A stretch of DNA of 64,000 nt from Clostridia bacterium (GTDB taxonomy: Bacteria; Bacillota; Clostridia; Christensenellales; Borkfalkiaceae). Each line of letters opens with the position of its first letter. Positions within the stretch are counted from its first letter, which is position 1. This document shows, in pieces, positions 1-8,530 of this stretch. The stretch covers positions 8,887 to 72,886 of the forward strand of contig JAFTIY010000018.1 of NCBI GenBank assembly GCA_017456665.1, in the 5' to 3' direction. The notes under the pieces are model-generated. The model worked only from the letters and a program-made list of their open reading frames with translations, was not told the DNA's origin and searched no databases. The position numbers were made by a program, and so were the translations under genes.

Positions 1-12
1 TTGTAAAAATCC

Positions 13-41
13 TTGACAATTACTTTTGGTTGGGTTACAAT
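13..41 (+). promoter_or_regulatory. sigma-70-type promoter TTGACA-17-TACAAT
   Basis: TTGACA at 13-18 and TACAAT at 36-41, about 30 nt upstream of ORF 72..998. Confidence 0.6.
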
Positions 42-71
42 ATTAATACCTTTTGTTAATGGGAGTTATAC

Positions 72-998
72 ATGCAAACTAAATTAATCATTCATCCCGA
101 CGAAATGAGTAAGCAGTGGGTAGACGTAGCTAAAAAAAATAATATTGACGTAATTGGAATTCATTCGGTTGGTAACGTAAACGCACATATTAATTTGAAA
201 AACGATTTGGATTTGTTTCAAACTAAGCAGTATAAAAGCGCGGTTGATTACGCTAATTTAAGTGGAATAAAGGTAGAATATGAAATACACGCCGTAAGTT
301 ATTTGCTGCCTCGCGAGTTATTTTTAACTCATCCCGAATATTTTAGAGCAGATGAAAATGGTGTTCGTATGCAAAACTTAAACTTTTGCGCAAGCAACGC
401 AGAAGCGCTTGAGATTATTGCAAACAACGCCGTAACTCTTGCCGAAAAGCTTTACGGGAGCACGAATAATTACTTTTTTTGGACTGATGATATAAAAAAC
501 AGCTACTGTAAATGCGAAAAATGTAAAAATTTTTCTCCGTCTGATCAAAACTTGATTTTGATGAATGCTATAATAAAGAAAATGAGAGAAAAAGATAAAA
601 ATGCAAAAATAGCATTTTTAGCATATTACGATACCGTTAACTTGCCCAAAAAAGTAACCCCCGAAAAGGGAGTTTTTCTTGAATATGCTCCTTACGAAAG
701 AGATTTATACGCTCCTGCAAGTGCAGTGGGAGAAAAAGAGGTTGAGTTAATAAAAAAACTAATTGAATTTTTTGGTAAAGAAAATTCTTGTGTTTTAGAA
801 TATTGGTACGATAACTCTTATTTTTCAGGCTATAAAAAACCGCCTAAAAAACTTGTGGTAAACAACTCTATCATTAAAGAAGACGTGCAATTTTATTTAA
901 ACCTAGGCTTCGAAAACGTTTCTTCTTTTGCATGTTTTTTAGGCCAAGATTATAGGGAGTTGTATGGGGAGCCGGATTTTTCTGCTCTTAAAAAATAA
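72..998 (+). CDS. hypothetical protein, possibly DUF4838-like (glycoside-hydrolase-like fold); CxCxxC motif SYCKCEKC
   Basis: 308-aa ORF with a GGGAG RBS and an upstream promoter. The family assignment rests only on remembered motif similarity. Confidence 0.55.
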   Translation: MQTKLIIHPDEMSKQWVDVAKKNNIDVIGIHSVGNVNAHINLKNDLDLFQTKQYKSAVDYANLSGIKVEYEIHAVSYLLPRELFLTHPEYFRADENGVRMQNLNFCASNAEALEIIANNAVTLAEKLYGSTNNYFFWTDDIKNSYCKCEKCKNFSPSDQNLILMNAIIKKMREKDKNAKIAFLAYYDTVNLPKKVTPEKGVFLEYAPYERDLYAPASAVGEKEVELIKKLIEFFGKENSCVLEYWYDNSYFSGYKKPPKKLVVNNSIIKEDVQFYLNLGFENVSSFACFLGQDYRELYGEPDFSALKK

Positions 999-1020
999 GG
1001 CCTATATACATCGTTATTGT

Positions 1021-1123
1021 CACAAAAAGTGCGTTTTTTTCGGGTTGTTTACGCCATAGTAAACGTCCCCTCAAAAATACTCCTTGTTTGTGCCACTAAC
1101 TCGCATCTAGGCCTTATTTTAAA
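1021..1123. repeat. 103-bp direct repeat, copy 1
   Basis: Differs from 1149-1251 at 3 of 103 positions. Contains the hairpin GTTTAC-gccata-GTAAAC. It is bracketed by a 13-bp inverted repeat, AAAATAAGGCCTA (992-1004) and TAGGCCTTATTTT (1108-1120). Confidence 0.9.
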
Positions 1124-1148
1124 TAATAATGGCTTGAGTTGAATTATC

Positions 1149-1251
1149 CACAAAAAGTGTGTTTTTTTCTAGTTGTTTACGCCATAGTAAACGTCCCCTC
1201 AAAAATACTCCTTGTTTGTGCCACTAACTCGCATCTAGGCCTTATTTTAAA
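1149..1251. repeat. 103-bp direct repeat, copy 2
   Basis: Second copy, period 128 bp. Ends with the same TAGGCCTTATTTT (1236-1248). Confidence 0.9.
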
Positions 1252-1323
1252 CATTAAAAGGGCAGTTTATATAATTTGATATTTGTATATAAAAGTGAGA
1301 TAAGACTCTAATATGCTTGAGTT

Positions 1324-1359
1324 GAAAGTGCCGTTAATCCACTTATAACCCCACTTTTT
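1324..1359 (+). repeat. REP-like hairpin element, variant core
   Basis: gaaagtgccGTTAATCCACTTATAACCccacttttt; arms AAGTG/CACTT. Confidence 0.7.
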
Positions 1360-1387
1360 ATTAAATGGGTTAACTTGATATAAAGCG

Positions 1388-1416
1388 TTGACAAACGTTT
1401 ATGCGTATGATATAAT
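1388..1416 (+). promoter_or_regulatory. sigma-70-type promoter TTGACA-17-TATAAT
   Basis: TTGACA 1388-1393, TATAAT 1411-1416. Confidence 0.7.
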
Positions 1417-1437
1417 TAAATGCGGAGGGAATGGGAT

Positions 1438-2442
1438 ATGAAATTGATTGATGAAATTATGAACGAAAAAAACGCGCGTAGCGAAGCCGCGGCTGAAAAA
1501 GAGAGGCTTGAGCTTGAAAAAGAGCGCGTTGAAAAAGAGCTTGCCATAAAAGAAGCTGAAATTAAAAGAGAAAATAACAAAGTGAAGTTTGAAAATCTAA
1601 AAAAAGATCTTTCAAACGGCATAGTTCCAGAAGAATGGGAGGCTATTTATCAAAGATTTGCAGTAAGAATTAAGGATGAATTGATAAATAACGCAAAAAC
1701 TCGTTTTTATCTTGAGGAGGAAACTACTGAAGAATATTACAATTTAAAGGTAAGTGTTTGCAGCGAAGGTCAAAGCGAAAAAGAACTTATGAACGAATAC
1801 TTAACCAACCGCTTAAAAGAAGATGGGTTTTACGCTTGTTCATTTTGTTTATCTAAAATAGAAGAGAGATACGCTCTTCCTTCAGATTATGAAAAGCAAA
1901 AAAGTATTCAAGAAGAATATGATGAAGATGCGCGCAGAAAAAATGATGAAATCGAACTCGAATGGTTTTCTGATTATTTAGACGGGGAGGAACAAAGCCG
2001 TTATCCAAGATACGTTACAGCAAAAGTTGCACCTCTCATTTGTTCGGGCATAAAGTACGTTTATAAGATCGTATGCGAGGGCTCAACTGAATCCGATGCC
2101 GTTCTCGAATTAGACTACGTCAATATTAAACCGCCTAAAAAGCTTTTTTTAACCGCAATAATAACTTCTGTATTTTTTAACGTATTTGATATTATTTGTT
2201 TATTTTCAAACAAATTGCAATATCCCTTCTTTTTATTTCATCTTACGGGAATCGTAACGGCGATTGCCTTATGGCAGTTTATTTCTTTTATTTACTACGT
2301 AAAAAGAGTTTGTAAAAAATATCGCGGCTTTAAACGTGTTGCATATGCAGTTTTATTGTTGCTTTGTATGCTGATTTTTGCAGCAATAGTTGTATTTCAG
2401 TTTATTCTTTGTCTTGCGGCAGTAGATACGATGTTACAGTGA
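1438..2442 (+). CDS. hypothetical protein with a Glu/Lys-rich coiled-coil N-terminus and a multi-helix hydrophobic C-terminus
   Basis: ATG at 1438 preceded by GGAGGG; the ORF track extends it to 1420. No recognisable catalytic motif. Confidence 0.6.
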   Translation: MKLIDEIMNEKNARSEAAAEKERLELEKERVEKELAIKEAEIKRENNKVKFENLKKDLSNGIVPEEWEAIYQRFAVRIKDELINNAKTRFYLEEETTEEYYNLKVSVCSEGQSEKELMNEYLTNRLKEDGFYACSFCLSKIEERYALPSDYEKQKSIQEEYDEDARRKNDEIELEWFSDYLDGEEQSRYPRYVTAKVAPLICSGIKYVYKIVCEGSTESDAVLELDYVNIKPPKKLFLTAIITSVFFNVFDIICLFSNKLQYPFFLFHLTGIVTAIALWQFISFIYYVKRVCKKYRGFKRVAYAVLLLLCMLIFAAIVVFQFILCLAAVDTMLQ

Positions 2443-2449
2443 TTATAGC

Positions 2450-2487
2450 CTCTATAGCGCGTTAACTGTGCTATAGAGGTTTTTTTA
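2450..2487 (+). terminator. intrinsic terminator
   Basis: CCTCTATAGC-gcgttaactgt-GCTATAGAGG followed by TTTTTTT. The stem/loop contains CTATAGCGCGTTAAC, which resembles the reverse of the REP-like core. Confidence 0.8.
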
Positions 2488-2498
2488 TTTAATAATGA

Positions 2499-2527
2499 TT
2501 GACAATATAAATAAAAAAGAATATAAT
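2499..2527 (+). promoter_or_regulatory. sigma-70-type promoter TTGACA-17-TATAAT
   Basis: TTGACA 2499-2504, TATAAT 2522-2527. Confidence 0.65.
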
Positions 2528-2554
2528 TTGTGTATCAATAAGAGGAAAGTAGTT

Positions 2555-2779
2555 ATGTGTTTATTTTTTGGCAAAAAAAAATATCCCGAAAAGGCAAAGT
2601 ATAAAAAAGGGGATTACGTAAATTTTAGGTATCGCGATGATTTGTATTTTGGTTATATTTACGATGCGAGCGTAAATGCGCAAGGGGAGGTTTTATACGT
2701 AATTCAAATAGCAGGGCAGTGCCCGGCTTTTATACGCGACTATAAAGAAAAAGACGTTATCGGGCTAAAAACAAAATAA
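2555..2779 (+). CDS. small hypothetical protein (74 aa)
   Basis: ATG 2555 preceded by AAGAGGAAA. The longer ORF-track start at 2495 lies inside the promoter. Confidence 0.45.
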   Translation: MCLFFGKKKYPEKAKYKKGDYVNFRYRDDLYFGYIYDASVNAQGEVLYVIQIAGQCPAFIRDYKEKDVIGLKTK

Positions 2780-2783
2780 CTTT

Positions 2784-2816
2784 AAAAGCGCGTTAATCGC
2801 GTTATAGGCTACTTTT
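2784..2816 (+). repeat. REP-like hairpin element
   Basis: aaaagcgcGTTAATCGCGTTATAGGCtactttt. Confidence 0.85.
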
Positions 2817-2846
2817 TATTTAAATTTTGGAGAGTGAAAGCTAAAA

Positions 2847-4100
2847 ATGAGCAAGTGCAACCTAAACTATAAACGAACTAAATTTGCTTGCTATTCGGCA
2901 TATTTTACAATGTCGACGATATTTTGCGTACCTCCGTTGCTTTTTGTTACTTTTCGCGAAGAGTTCGGAATATCTTACACTTTACTTGGTACGCTAGTGT
3001 TAACTAATTTTTGTACGCAACTTGCCGTAGATTTAATTTTTACCTTTTTTTCAAAGTATTTTAACACGAAAAGGGTTGTAAAAACGATGCCTCTATTAAC
3101 TTCGTTGGGGCTTATGGTATACGCTCTTATTCCAACGTTTTTTTCAAAATACGCATATTTTGGTTTGCTTATAGGAACTGTTTTGTTTTCGGTTTCGGCA
3201 GGGCTATCGGAGGTTTTATTAAGTCCTACAATAGCGGCAATACCTTCTGATAATCCCCAGCGTGATATGAGCACCCTTCATTCTCTTTACGCCTTTGGCG
3301 TGTTTACAATGGTTGTAATAAGTACGTTGTTTTTAAAAATATTTGGAAATGATAACTGGGCGTATTTAATAATTTTTTTAGCGTTGCTTCCTATAATTTC
3401 GAGCGTGTTATTTGCTTTTTCACCAATGCCCAACGCTCTTAAAAGTCAAGGTATAGGTGGATTAACTGCTACTAGAAGCAGTTTAAAAGGGATTGCGCTT
3501 TGCGCTTTTTGTATATTTTTCGGAAGCTGTGCCGAAAACGTAATGAGTAACTGGATTTCAAGCTATATCGAAAATGCCTTGCAAATTGATAAGGCTTTAG
3601 GCGACGTTTTAGGGGTTGCGGGGTTTGCTGTGCTTTTAGGCATTGCCAGAATTACTTACGCAAAAATAGGTAAAAATATTATAGGTATTTTGCTTGTTGG
3701 AATGATTGGCGCTTCGGTGTGTTACCTCGTTGCAAGCCTTATCTTTAATACCTTTTTATCATTCATAGCGTGCGTTCTAACCGGACTGTTTACCGCTATG
3801 CTTTGGCCCGGAACACTTATAATGATGGAAGAAAAAGTGCCCGGAGTGGGCGTTGCGGCGTATGCGCTTATGGCGTCTAGCGGTGATTTGGGTGCGGCGA
3901 TTGCCCCTCAACTTACCGGGCTTGTTGTAGACGGCGTTTCGGCTAGTTCCTTTGCCACTTCACTTTCGCAAAAGATGGGTGTTTCGGTAGAACAAATAGG
4001 CTTAAGGGCGGGAATGTTGGTCAACTGTATCTTTCCGATTTTAGGTGCGGTTACCGTAGTGATTGCAATTAAATATTTTAAAAAAACGGTGCAAAGATAA
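2847..4100 (+). CDS. MFS-type transporter
   Basis: 417 aa with about 12 hydrophobic helices in two halves. Confidence 0.75.
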   Translation: MSKCNLNYKRTKFACYSAYFTMSTIFCVPPLLFVTFREEFGISYTLLGTLVLTNFCTQLAVDLIFTFFSKYFNTKRVVKTMPLLTSLGLMVYALIPTFFSKYAYFGLLIGTVLFSVSAGLSEVLLSPTIAAIPSDNPQRDMSTLHSLYAFGVFTMVVISTLFLKIFGNDNWAYLIIFLALLPIISSVLFAFSPMPNALKSQGIGGLTATRSSLKGIALCAFCIFFGSCAENVMSNWISSYIENALQIDKALGDVLGVAGFAVLLGIARITYAKIGKNIIGILLVGMIGASVCYLVASLIFNTFLSFIACVLTGLFTAMLWPGTLIMMEEKVPGVGVAAYALMASSGDLGAAIAPQLTGLVVDGVSASSFATSLSQKMGVSVEQIGLRAGMLVNCIFPILGAVTVVIAIKYFKKTVQR

Positions 4101-4139
4101 AAAAATAATCGAGTGTAAATTAAAAACAAAAAACAAATC

Positions 4140-4170
4140 AAAAGTGGTTTAATCGCGTTATAGGCCCACT
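4140..4170 (+). repeat. REP-like hairpin element
   Basis: aaaagtggTTTAATCGCGTTATAGGCccact. Confidence 0.85.
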
Positions 4171-4188
4171 AATTAAAGGAAAAATATT

Positions 4189-5196
4189 ATGAAAAAACAA
4201 AAAGGATTAAAAATTTTTGGTATTATAGTATTAGCAGTAGCGTTGTTTTTCGTTATAATAAACATAATACCGCCCAAACAGAACGTTGAAAATAATCCCT
4301 TTAGATTAAAAGAGGGGCAGAAAACGATGATTGCCGCTCATCGCGGTGGCAGTATAAACAATCCCGAAAATACTGTGCTTGCCTTTACCGAAGCGGTGAA
4401 AACCATTGAGGTTGACGTTTTAGAGGGGGATCTTTATCTTACCAAAGACGGATATTTAGTTTATAATCACGACAGCTATATTGATAGAACGTGCAACGTT
4501 AACGGAGATATAAGTTTGAATGAGGTTGAAACCCTTTGCGAAGATAAAAACAACCGACACTATATTGAAAATTATACACTTGCTGAGCTTAAGCAGTTTA
4601 ATTTTGGCTATTATTTTAAAGATGAAAAGGGCGAGCGCATCTATAAAAATGCACAAAACGTTGCCGAGCAGGGATTGCAAATTGCAACGGTTGACCAAGT
4701 TTTTGAGCTTTTTTATCAATCTCATCCAAATTTGCTGTTCATTATAGAAATTAAAAACAGTGGAGAAAGGGGTAGAGAGGCAAGCCGTATTTTAGCAAAT
4801 TTACTCGAGGAGTATCCAAATTATAAGGATCAGGTGGCTGTAAGTTCATTTAACGACGAGGTTGCCGACGAATTTAAAAGTGAATATCCTGAGCTTTTGC
4901 GAGGAGCTCCGCTAGGTACGGCCGCAAAATTTATTTTAACTCATTATTTAGGGGTGAATATTTTTTACAACAATGATTTTGCTTGCTTGCAAATTCCCAC
5001 CTCTTACGACGTTGGAGTAGAAATTCCGCTCGTAAGCAAAGGCATAATAAGGCGAGCTCACCGCCGAAATATAGCCGTTCAGTATTGGACTATTAACGAC
5101 GCGGACGAAATGCGTATGCTCATAGAACTAGGCGCCGACTGCATTATGACCGATAATCCAAAATTGTTAAAGGAAGTTTTAGAAGAATATAAATAA
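4189..5196 (+). CDS. glycerophosphodiester phosphodiesterase family protein with an N-terminal membrane anchor
   Basis: AAHRGGSINNPENT motif typical of the GDPD family; N-terminal hydrophobic helix. Confidence 0.8.
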   Translation: MKKQKGLKIFGIIVLAVALFFVIINIIPPKQNVENNPFRLKEGQKTMIAAHRGGSINNPENTVLAFTEAVKTIEVDVLEGDLYLTKDGYLVYNHDSYIDRTCNVNGDISLNEVETLCEDKNNRHYIENYTLAELKQFNFGYYFKDEKGERIYKNAQNVAEQGLQIATVDQVFELFYQSHPNLLFIIEIKNSGERGREASRILANLLEEYPNYKDQVAVSSFNDEVADEFKSEYPELLRGAPLGTAAKFILTHYLGVNIFYNNDFACLQIPTSYDVGVEIPLVSKGIIRRAHRRNIAVQYWTINDADEMRMLIELGADCIMTDNPKLLKEVLEEYK

Positions 5197-5320
5197 ACGA
5201 AAAATTAGAACATCGCTTTTGACTCTTTGAAAAATATAAATATTTGGTAAACTTTCGTTTACTAAAAAACAGAGAGAAGAATTATTTAGGCGGTAAAGAT
5301 ATAGATAACGGGAGATTTTT

Positions 5321-5773
5321 ATGGTTAACGGTTTACGGGAGGATGAAGTAAATCAAGCAAGTGTAAAAAAAGAAATTTGTGCAATGGCCGTGGTTTTATT
5401 TAACGACAAAATTTTAACTACTAATGAAATAATATACGAAAGAGAGATATTATCCTTACCAAAGGGGCATAAGGAAAAAAACGAGAATATAATCAAAACG
5501 GCAATAAGAGAATGCTTTGAAGAAACTAATATTGTACTTTGTGAAAGTGATCTTGTAAAAAAATTGCCCCCATATTCTTACGAATTTTTAGCGCCCAACA
5601 AAATTTTGATTAAAAAAACCGTTTATCCATTTCTTTTTAGAGTTTACAGCGGGGGAAACCCACTCAATAAAGAAAAAAGAATAACGATGGTTCAATGGAT
5701 GAACGTTGAGGAATTTTTAGAAAAATGCCCGCACGAAAGCGTAAAGAAAACTGTTAAAGAAGCTTTAAAATAA
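5321..5773 (+). CDS. NUDIX hydrolase
   Basis: Nudix box GHKEKNENIIKTAIRECFEETNI; GGGAGA RBS. Confidence 0.75.
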   Translation: MVNGLREDEVNQASVKKEICAMAVVLFNDKILTTNEIIYEREILSLPKGHKEKNENIIKTAIRECFEETNIVLCESDLVKKLPPYSYEFLAPNKILIKKTVYPFLFRVYSGGNPLNKEKRITMVQWMNVEEFLEKCPHESVKKTVKEALK

Positions 5774-5841
5774 GGCTAAAAACTGTTTTAAAGATTAATA
5801 AATAAACTAACAGAAAGTAAGTGGCTTTTTATGTGTAAATT

Positions 5842-5870
5842 GTGCTTTAATCGCGCTATACGCCGGTTTT
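5842..5870 (+). repeat. REP-like hairpin element
   Basis: gtgcTTTAATCGCGCTATACGCcggtttt. Confidence 0.75.
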
Positions 5871-5873
5871 TAA

Positions 5874-5908
5874 TAAAAAAAGTGTTGATTTTTATCAACA
5901 CTTTTTTG
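5874..5908. terminator. bidirectional intrinsic terminator between convergent genes
   Basis: AAAAAAA-AGTGTTGAT-tttt-ATCAACACT-TTTTT. Confidence 0.85.
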
Positions 5909-5936
5909 CATTTTTTGTAGTTGTAAATGGTTAAAC

Positions 5937-6551
5937 TTATTTTAAAAACACGCCGTTTTCTAAACAGGGCATTACCGAGTGCTCAATCATATCTTCTATT
6001 TGATCGTCGCTCATGTTTTCAAACATGGCTTTGAGCCCCAAAAAGTTAGAAATACCCATCAACATATACGCAACGGTAGAATAGTCGCTTGCGCGTACCT
6101 CTTCACCCTCGCCCGTTAGTGCGCGAATATAGCTTTTTGCGAACGATTCGTAATAGTCTGAAAACATTTTGTGGTCGATTGAAAGACTTCCCCAAATAAT
6201 ATTATATACGTTAGGGGTTTTTACAACGTAGCGAATAAAGCTTTTAATTCCTTCTTTTTCTTTTTCACGGCGGGTAGTGCAGCCCGCTATACTTGATGCA
6301 AGGTTTTGTTTGATTTCGCTTTTATATTTTGCCATTAAATACTTGTATATATCGGCCTTGCTATCGAAGTAAATATAAAAAGTACCAACTGCCGTTTTTG
6401 CCTTTTTGCAGATATCTGAAATAGACGTTTGATAAAATCCTTCTTTAACGAACAGCTCCACCGCCGCCTCTACGATGGTATTCATTTTCATCATTCCGTG
6501 GCTAGTTTTTGGATTGTTAACACCCTCAACCTTAAGCTGTTTACCAGACAT
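5937..6551 (-). CDS. TetR/AcrR-family transcriptional regulator (FadR/YsiA-like by context)
   Basis: N-terminal HTH FYQTSISDICKKAKTAVGTFYIYF; divergent from the acyl-CoA operon. Confidence 0.8.
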   Translation of the reverse strand: MSGKQLKVEGVNNPKTSHGMMKMNTIVEAAVELFVKEGFYQTSISDICKKAKTAVGTFYIYFDSKADIYKYLMAKYKSEIKQNLASSIAGCTTRREKEKEGIKSFIRYVVKTPNVYNIIWGSLSIDHKMFSDYYESFAKSYIRALTGEGEEVRASDYSTVAYMLMGISNFLGLKAMFENMSDDQIEDMIEHSVMPCLENGVFLK

Positions 6552-6709
6552 CGTTTTACTCCTAAAAAAATTATGTTACATTATATCATAAAAAAAAGCT
6601 CTTTGCAACAATTTTTTAAAAATAAAGTTTGAATTTGTATATTTTTTTAAATAACTGCAAAAATTTGAAATATTTGTATATTATTGGCAAATTTTTTTTC
6701 AAATACCTA

Positions 6710-6738
6710 TTGACAAGAGGTAAAAAATGGTATATAAT
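6710..6738 (+). promoter_or_regulatory. sigma-70-type promoter TTGACA-17-TATAAT of the acyl-CoA operon
   Basis: TTGACA 6710-6715, TATAAT 6733-6738. Confidence 0.75.
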
Positions 6739-6750
6739 GATTTTGTAATA

Positions 6751-6771
6751 AATATGAACATTATTCATATT
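6751..6771. promoter_or_regulatory. palindromic operator AATATGAA-CATTA-TTCATATT (candidate TetR/FadR-like box)
   Basis: Perfect 8-bp inverted arms starting 12 nt after the -10 element. An identical 21-mer occurs in inverted orientation at 31609-31629. Confidence 0.7.
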
Positions 6772-6962
6772 TATCAAAATCCCCAAAATTTCAAATATAA
6801 AATTAACGCAAACTTCTGCTTAATTAAGCTGTTTTTTTGAGGCAGAAGTTAAATTTATTCGCGTGCGAGTGCGCGATTGCGCGGCTGAAAAATTATAGTG
6901 ATTTTGTAATAGGGTAAAATTAAAAATTAGTTACAATTCAAGTTGTACACGGAGGATATATT

Positions 6963-7370
6963 ATGACGTTTAACGAGTTAAAAATCGGTCAAAAGGCCAG
7001 CGTTCAAAAAACCTTTACCGCTGCAGACGTAACTGCGTTTGCCGGCATAAGCACAGACGTAAATCCCATTCATATGAGTGACGGATACGCTAAAAATACT
7101 GTGTTTGGCAAAAGAATAGTACACGGCATATTGACTTCGGGCTTAATTTCTGCCGTACTTGCAAATAAGTTACCGGGCCCCGGAACAATTTATTTGGGGC
7201 AAGAGTTGCGTTTTACCGCTCCCGTATATTTGGGTGACGATATAACTGCTGAGGTAGAGGTTGCAGAATTGAGAGAGGATAAAAAGATCGTTAAATTGAA
7301 CACTACTTGTTACAATCAGGACGGAAAAACGGTTATTACCGGAATGGCAACCGTTAAGTTCGACTGTTAA
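6963..7370 (+). CDS. MaoC-like (R)-specific enoyl-CoA hydratase/dehydratase
   Basis: Hot-dog fold motif DVNPIHMSDGYAKNTVFGKRIVHG. Confidence 0.8.
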   Translation: MTFNELKIGQKASVQKTFTAADVTAFAGISTDVNPIHMSDGYAKNTVFGKRIVHGILTSGLISAVLANKLPGPGTIYLGQELRFTAPVYLGDDITAEVEVAELREDKKIVKLNTTCYNQDGKTVITGMATVKFDC

Positions 7371-7381
7371 TCGGAGGATAT

Positions 7382-8518
7382 ATGGCTAACTTTAAGCACA
7401 CTTTATTCGAACAAATGATTAAAGACTTTGCCGAAACCGAGGTTAAACCGTTGGCTCAAGAGGTTGACGAGCAAGAGGTTTTTCCCGCTGAAACGGTTGA
7501 AAAAATGGCAAAGAGCGGAATTATGGGAATTATCGTTCCCAAACAGTACGGCGGGGCAGGCGGAGATTACAATATGTATATTTACGCCGTTGAAGAGCTT
7601 TCAAAGCATTGCGCAACCACAGGCGTTATTTTATCTGCGCACACTTCCCTTTGCCAAGCTCCCATTTTAGAGTACGGCACAGAGGAGCAAAAGCAAAAAT
7701 ATTTACCCGATTTAGCATCCGGCAAAAAAATTGGTGCATTCGGCCTTACAGAACCCAATGCGGGAACTGATGCAAGCAATCAGCAAACCGTTGCAGTTGA
7801 AAAAGAGGATCACTACCTTTTAAACGGCAGCAAGATTTTTATAACCAACGCGGGCTATGCCTCAACGTATATAATAATCGCCGTAACCGGCAAAGGACCT
7901 AAAGGGCCCGAAATGTCGGCGTTTATAGTTGAAAGCGCTTTTGAAGGGTTTACCATCGGTAAAAAAGAGAAAAAGATGGGTATTCGCGGTTCTTCTACCT
8001 GCGAGCTTATATTTGAAAACGTAAAAGTTCCTAAAGAAAATTTACTTGGCAAGCGTGGCGATGGCTTTAAAATTGCAATGAAAACGTTAGACGGCGGTCG
8101 TATCGGTATTGCAGCGCAAGCACTTGGAATTGCGGAGGGTGCGTTAGACACTACGGTAGCCTACGTTAAGAGCAGAAAACAGTTCGGTAAGCCCATTTCG
8201 GCATTCCAAAACACACAATTCGTTCTTGCAGATCTTTCTACCAAGATTGCTGCGGCAAGACTTTTGGTTTATGCGGCGGTAGCTGCAAAGCAAAATAAAG
8301 AGCCCACGCTTTCTGTTAAAGCGGCGCAAGCAAAGCTGTTTGCTGCAGAAACGGCAATGGAGGTTACCACTAAGGCGGTTCAGCTTCACGGCGGATACGG
8401 ATACACGCGTGAGTACCCCGTAGAAAGAATGATGCGCGACGCTAAGATAACCGAAATTTACGAAGGCACGAGCGAAGTTCAAAGAATGGTAATTTCGGCC
8501 GCTCTTTTGAAGAAGTAA
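7382..8518 (+). CDS. bcd: butyryl-CoA (short-chain acyl-CoA) dehydrogenase
   Basis: 378 aa, recalled as close to clostridial Bcd along its length (GLTEPNAGTD, YEGTSE motifs); followed by etfBA. Confidence 0.9.
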   Translation: MANFKHTLFEQMIKDFAETEVKPLAQEVDEQEVFPAETVEKMAKSGIMGIIVPKQYGGAGGDYNMYIYAVEELSKHCATTGVILSAHTSLCQAPILEYGTEEQKQKYLPDLASGKKIGAFGLTEPNAGTDASNQQTVAVEKEDHYLLNGSKIFITNAGYASTYIIIAVTGKGPKGPEMSAFIVESAFEGFTIGKKEKKMGIRGSSTCELIFENVKVPKENLLGKRGDGFKIAMKTLDGGRIGIAAQALGIAEGALDTTVAYVKSRKQFGKPISAFQNTQFVLADLSTKIAAARLLVYAAVAAKQNKEPTLSVKAAQAKLFAAETAMEVTTKAVQLHGGYGYTREYPVERMMRDAKITEIYEGTSEVQRMVISAALLKK

Positions 8519-8530
8519 AGAGGTGCAAAT

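Noticed and set aside
1021-1251. Minus-strand TTG-initiated ~27-codon ORFs in each 103-bp repeat as type I toxin-like genes
   Set aside because: The SD-to-start spacing is only 4 nt. The two copies diverge completely after residue 10, and there is no clear hydrophobic helix. Support is insufficient.
1416-1622. 68-aa Ser/Phe-rich minus-strand ORF
   Set aside because: It is the antisense shadow of the GAA/AAA-rich coiled-coil coding region of 1438..2442.
6862-6873. 11-mer CGTGCGAGTGC shared by the leader at 6862 and the leader at 47347
   Set aside because: This is a single short exact match with no shared flanks or structure. It is compatible with chance given how many comparisons were made by eye.
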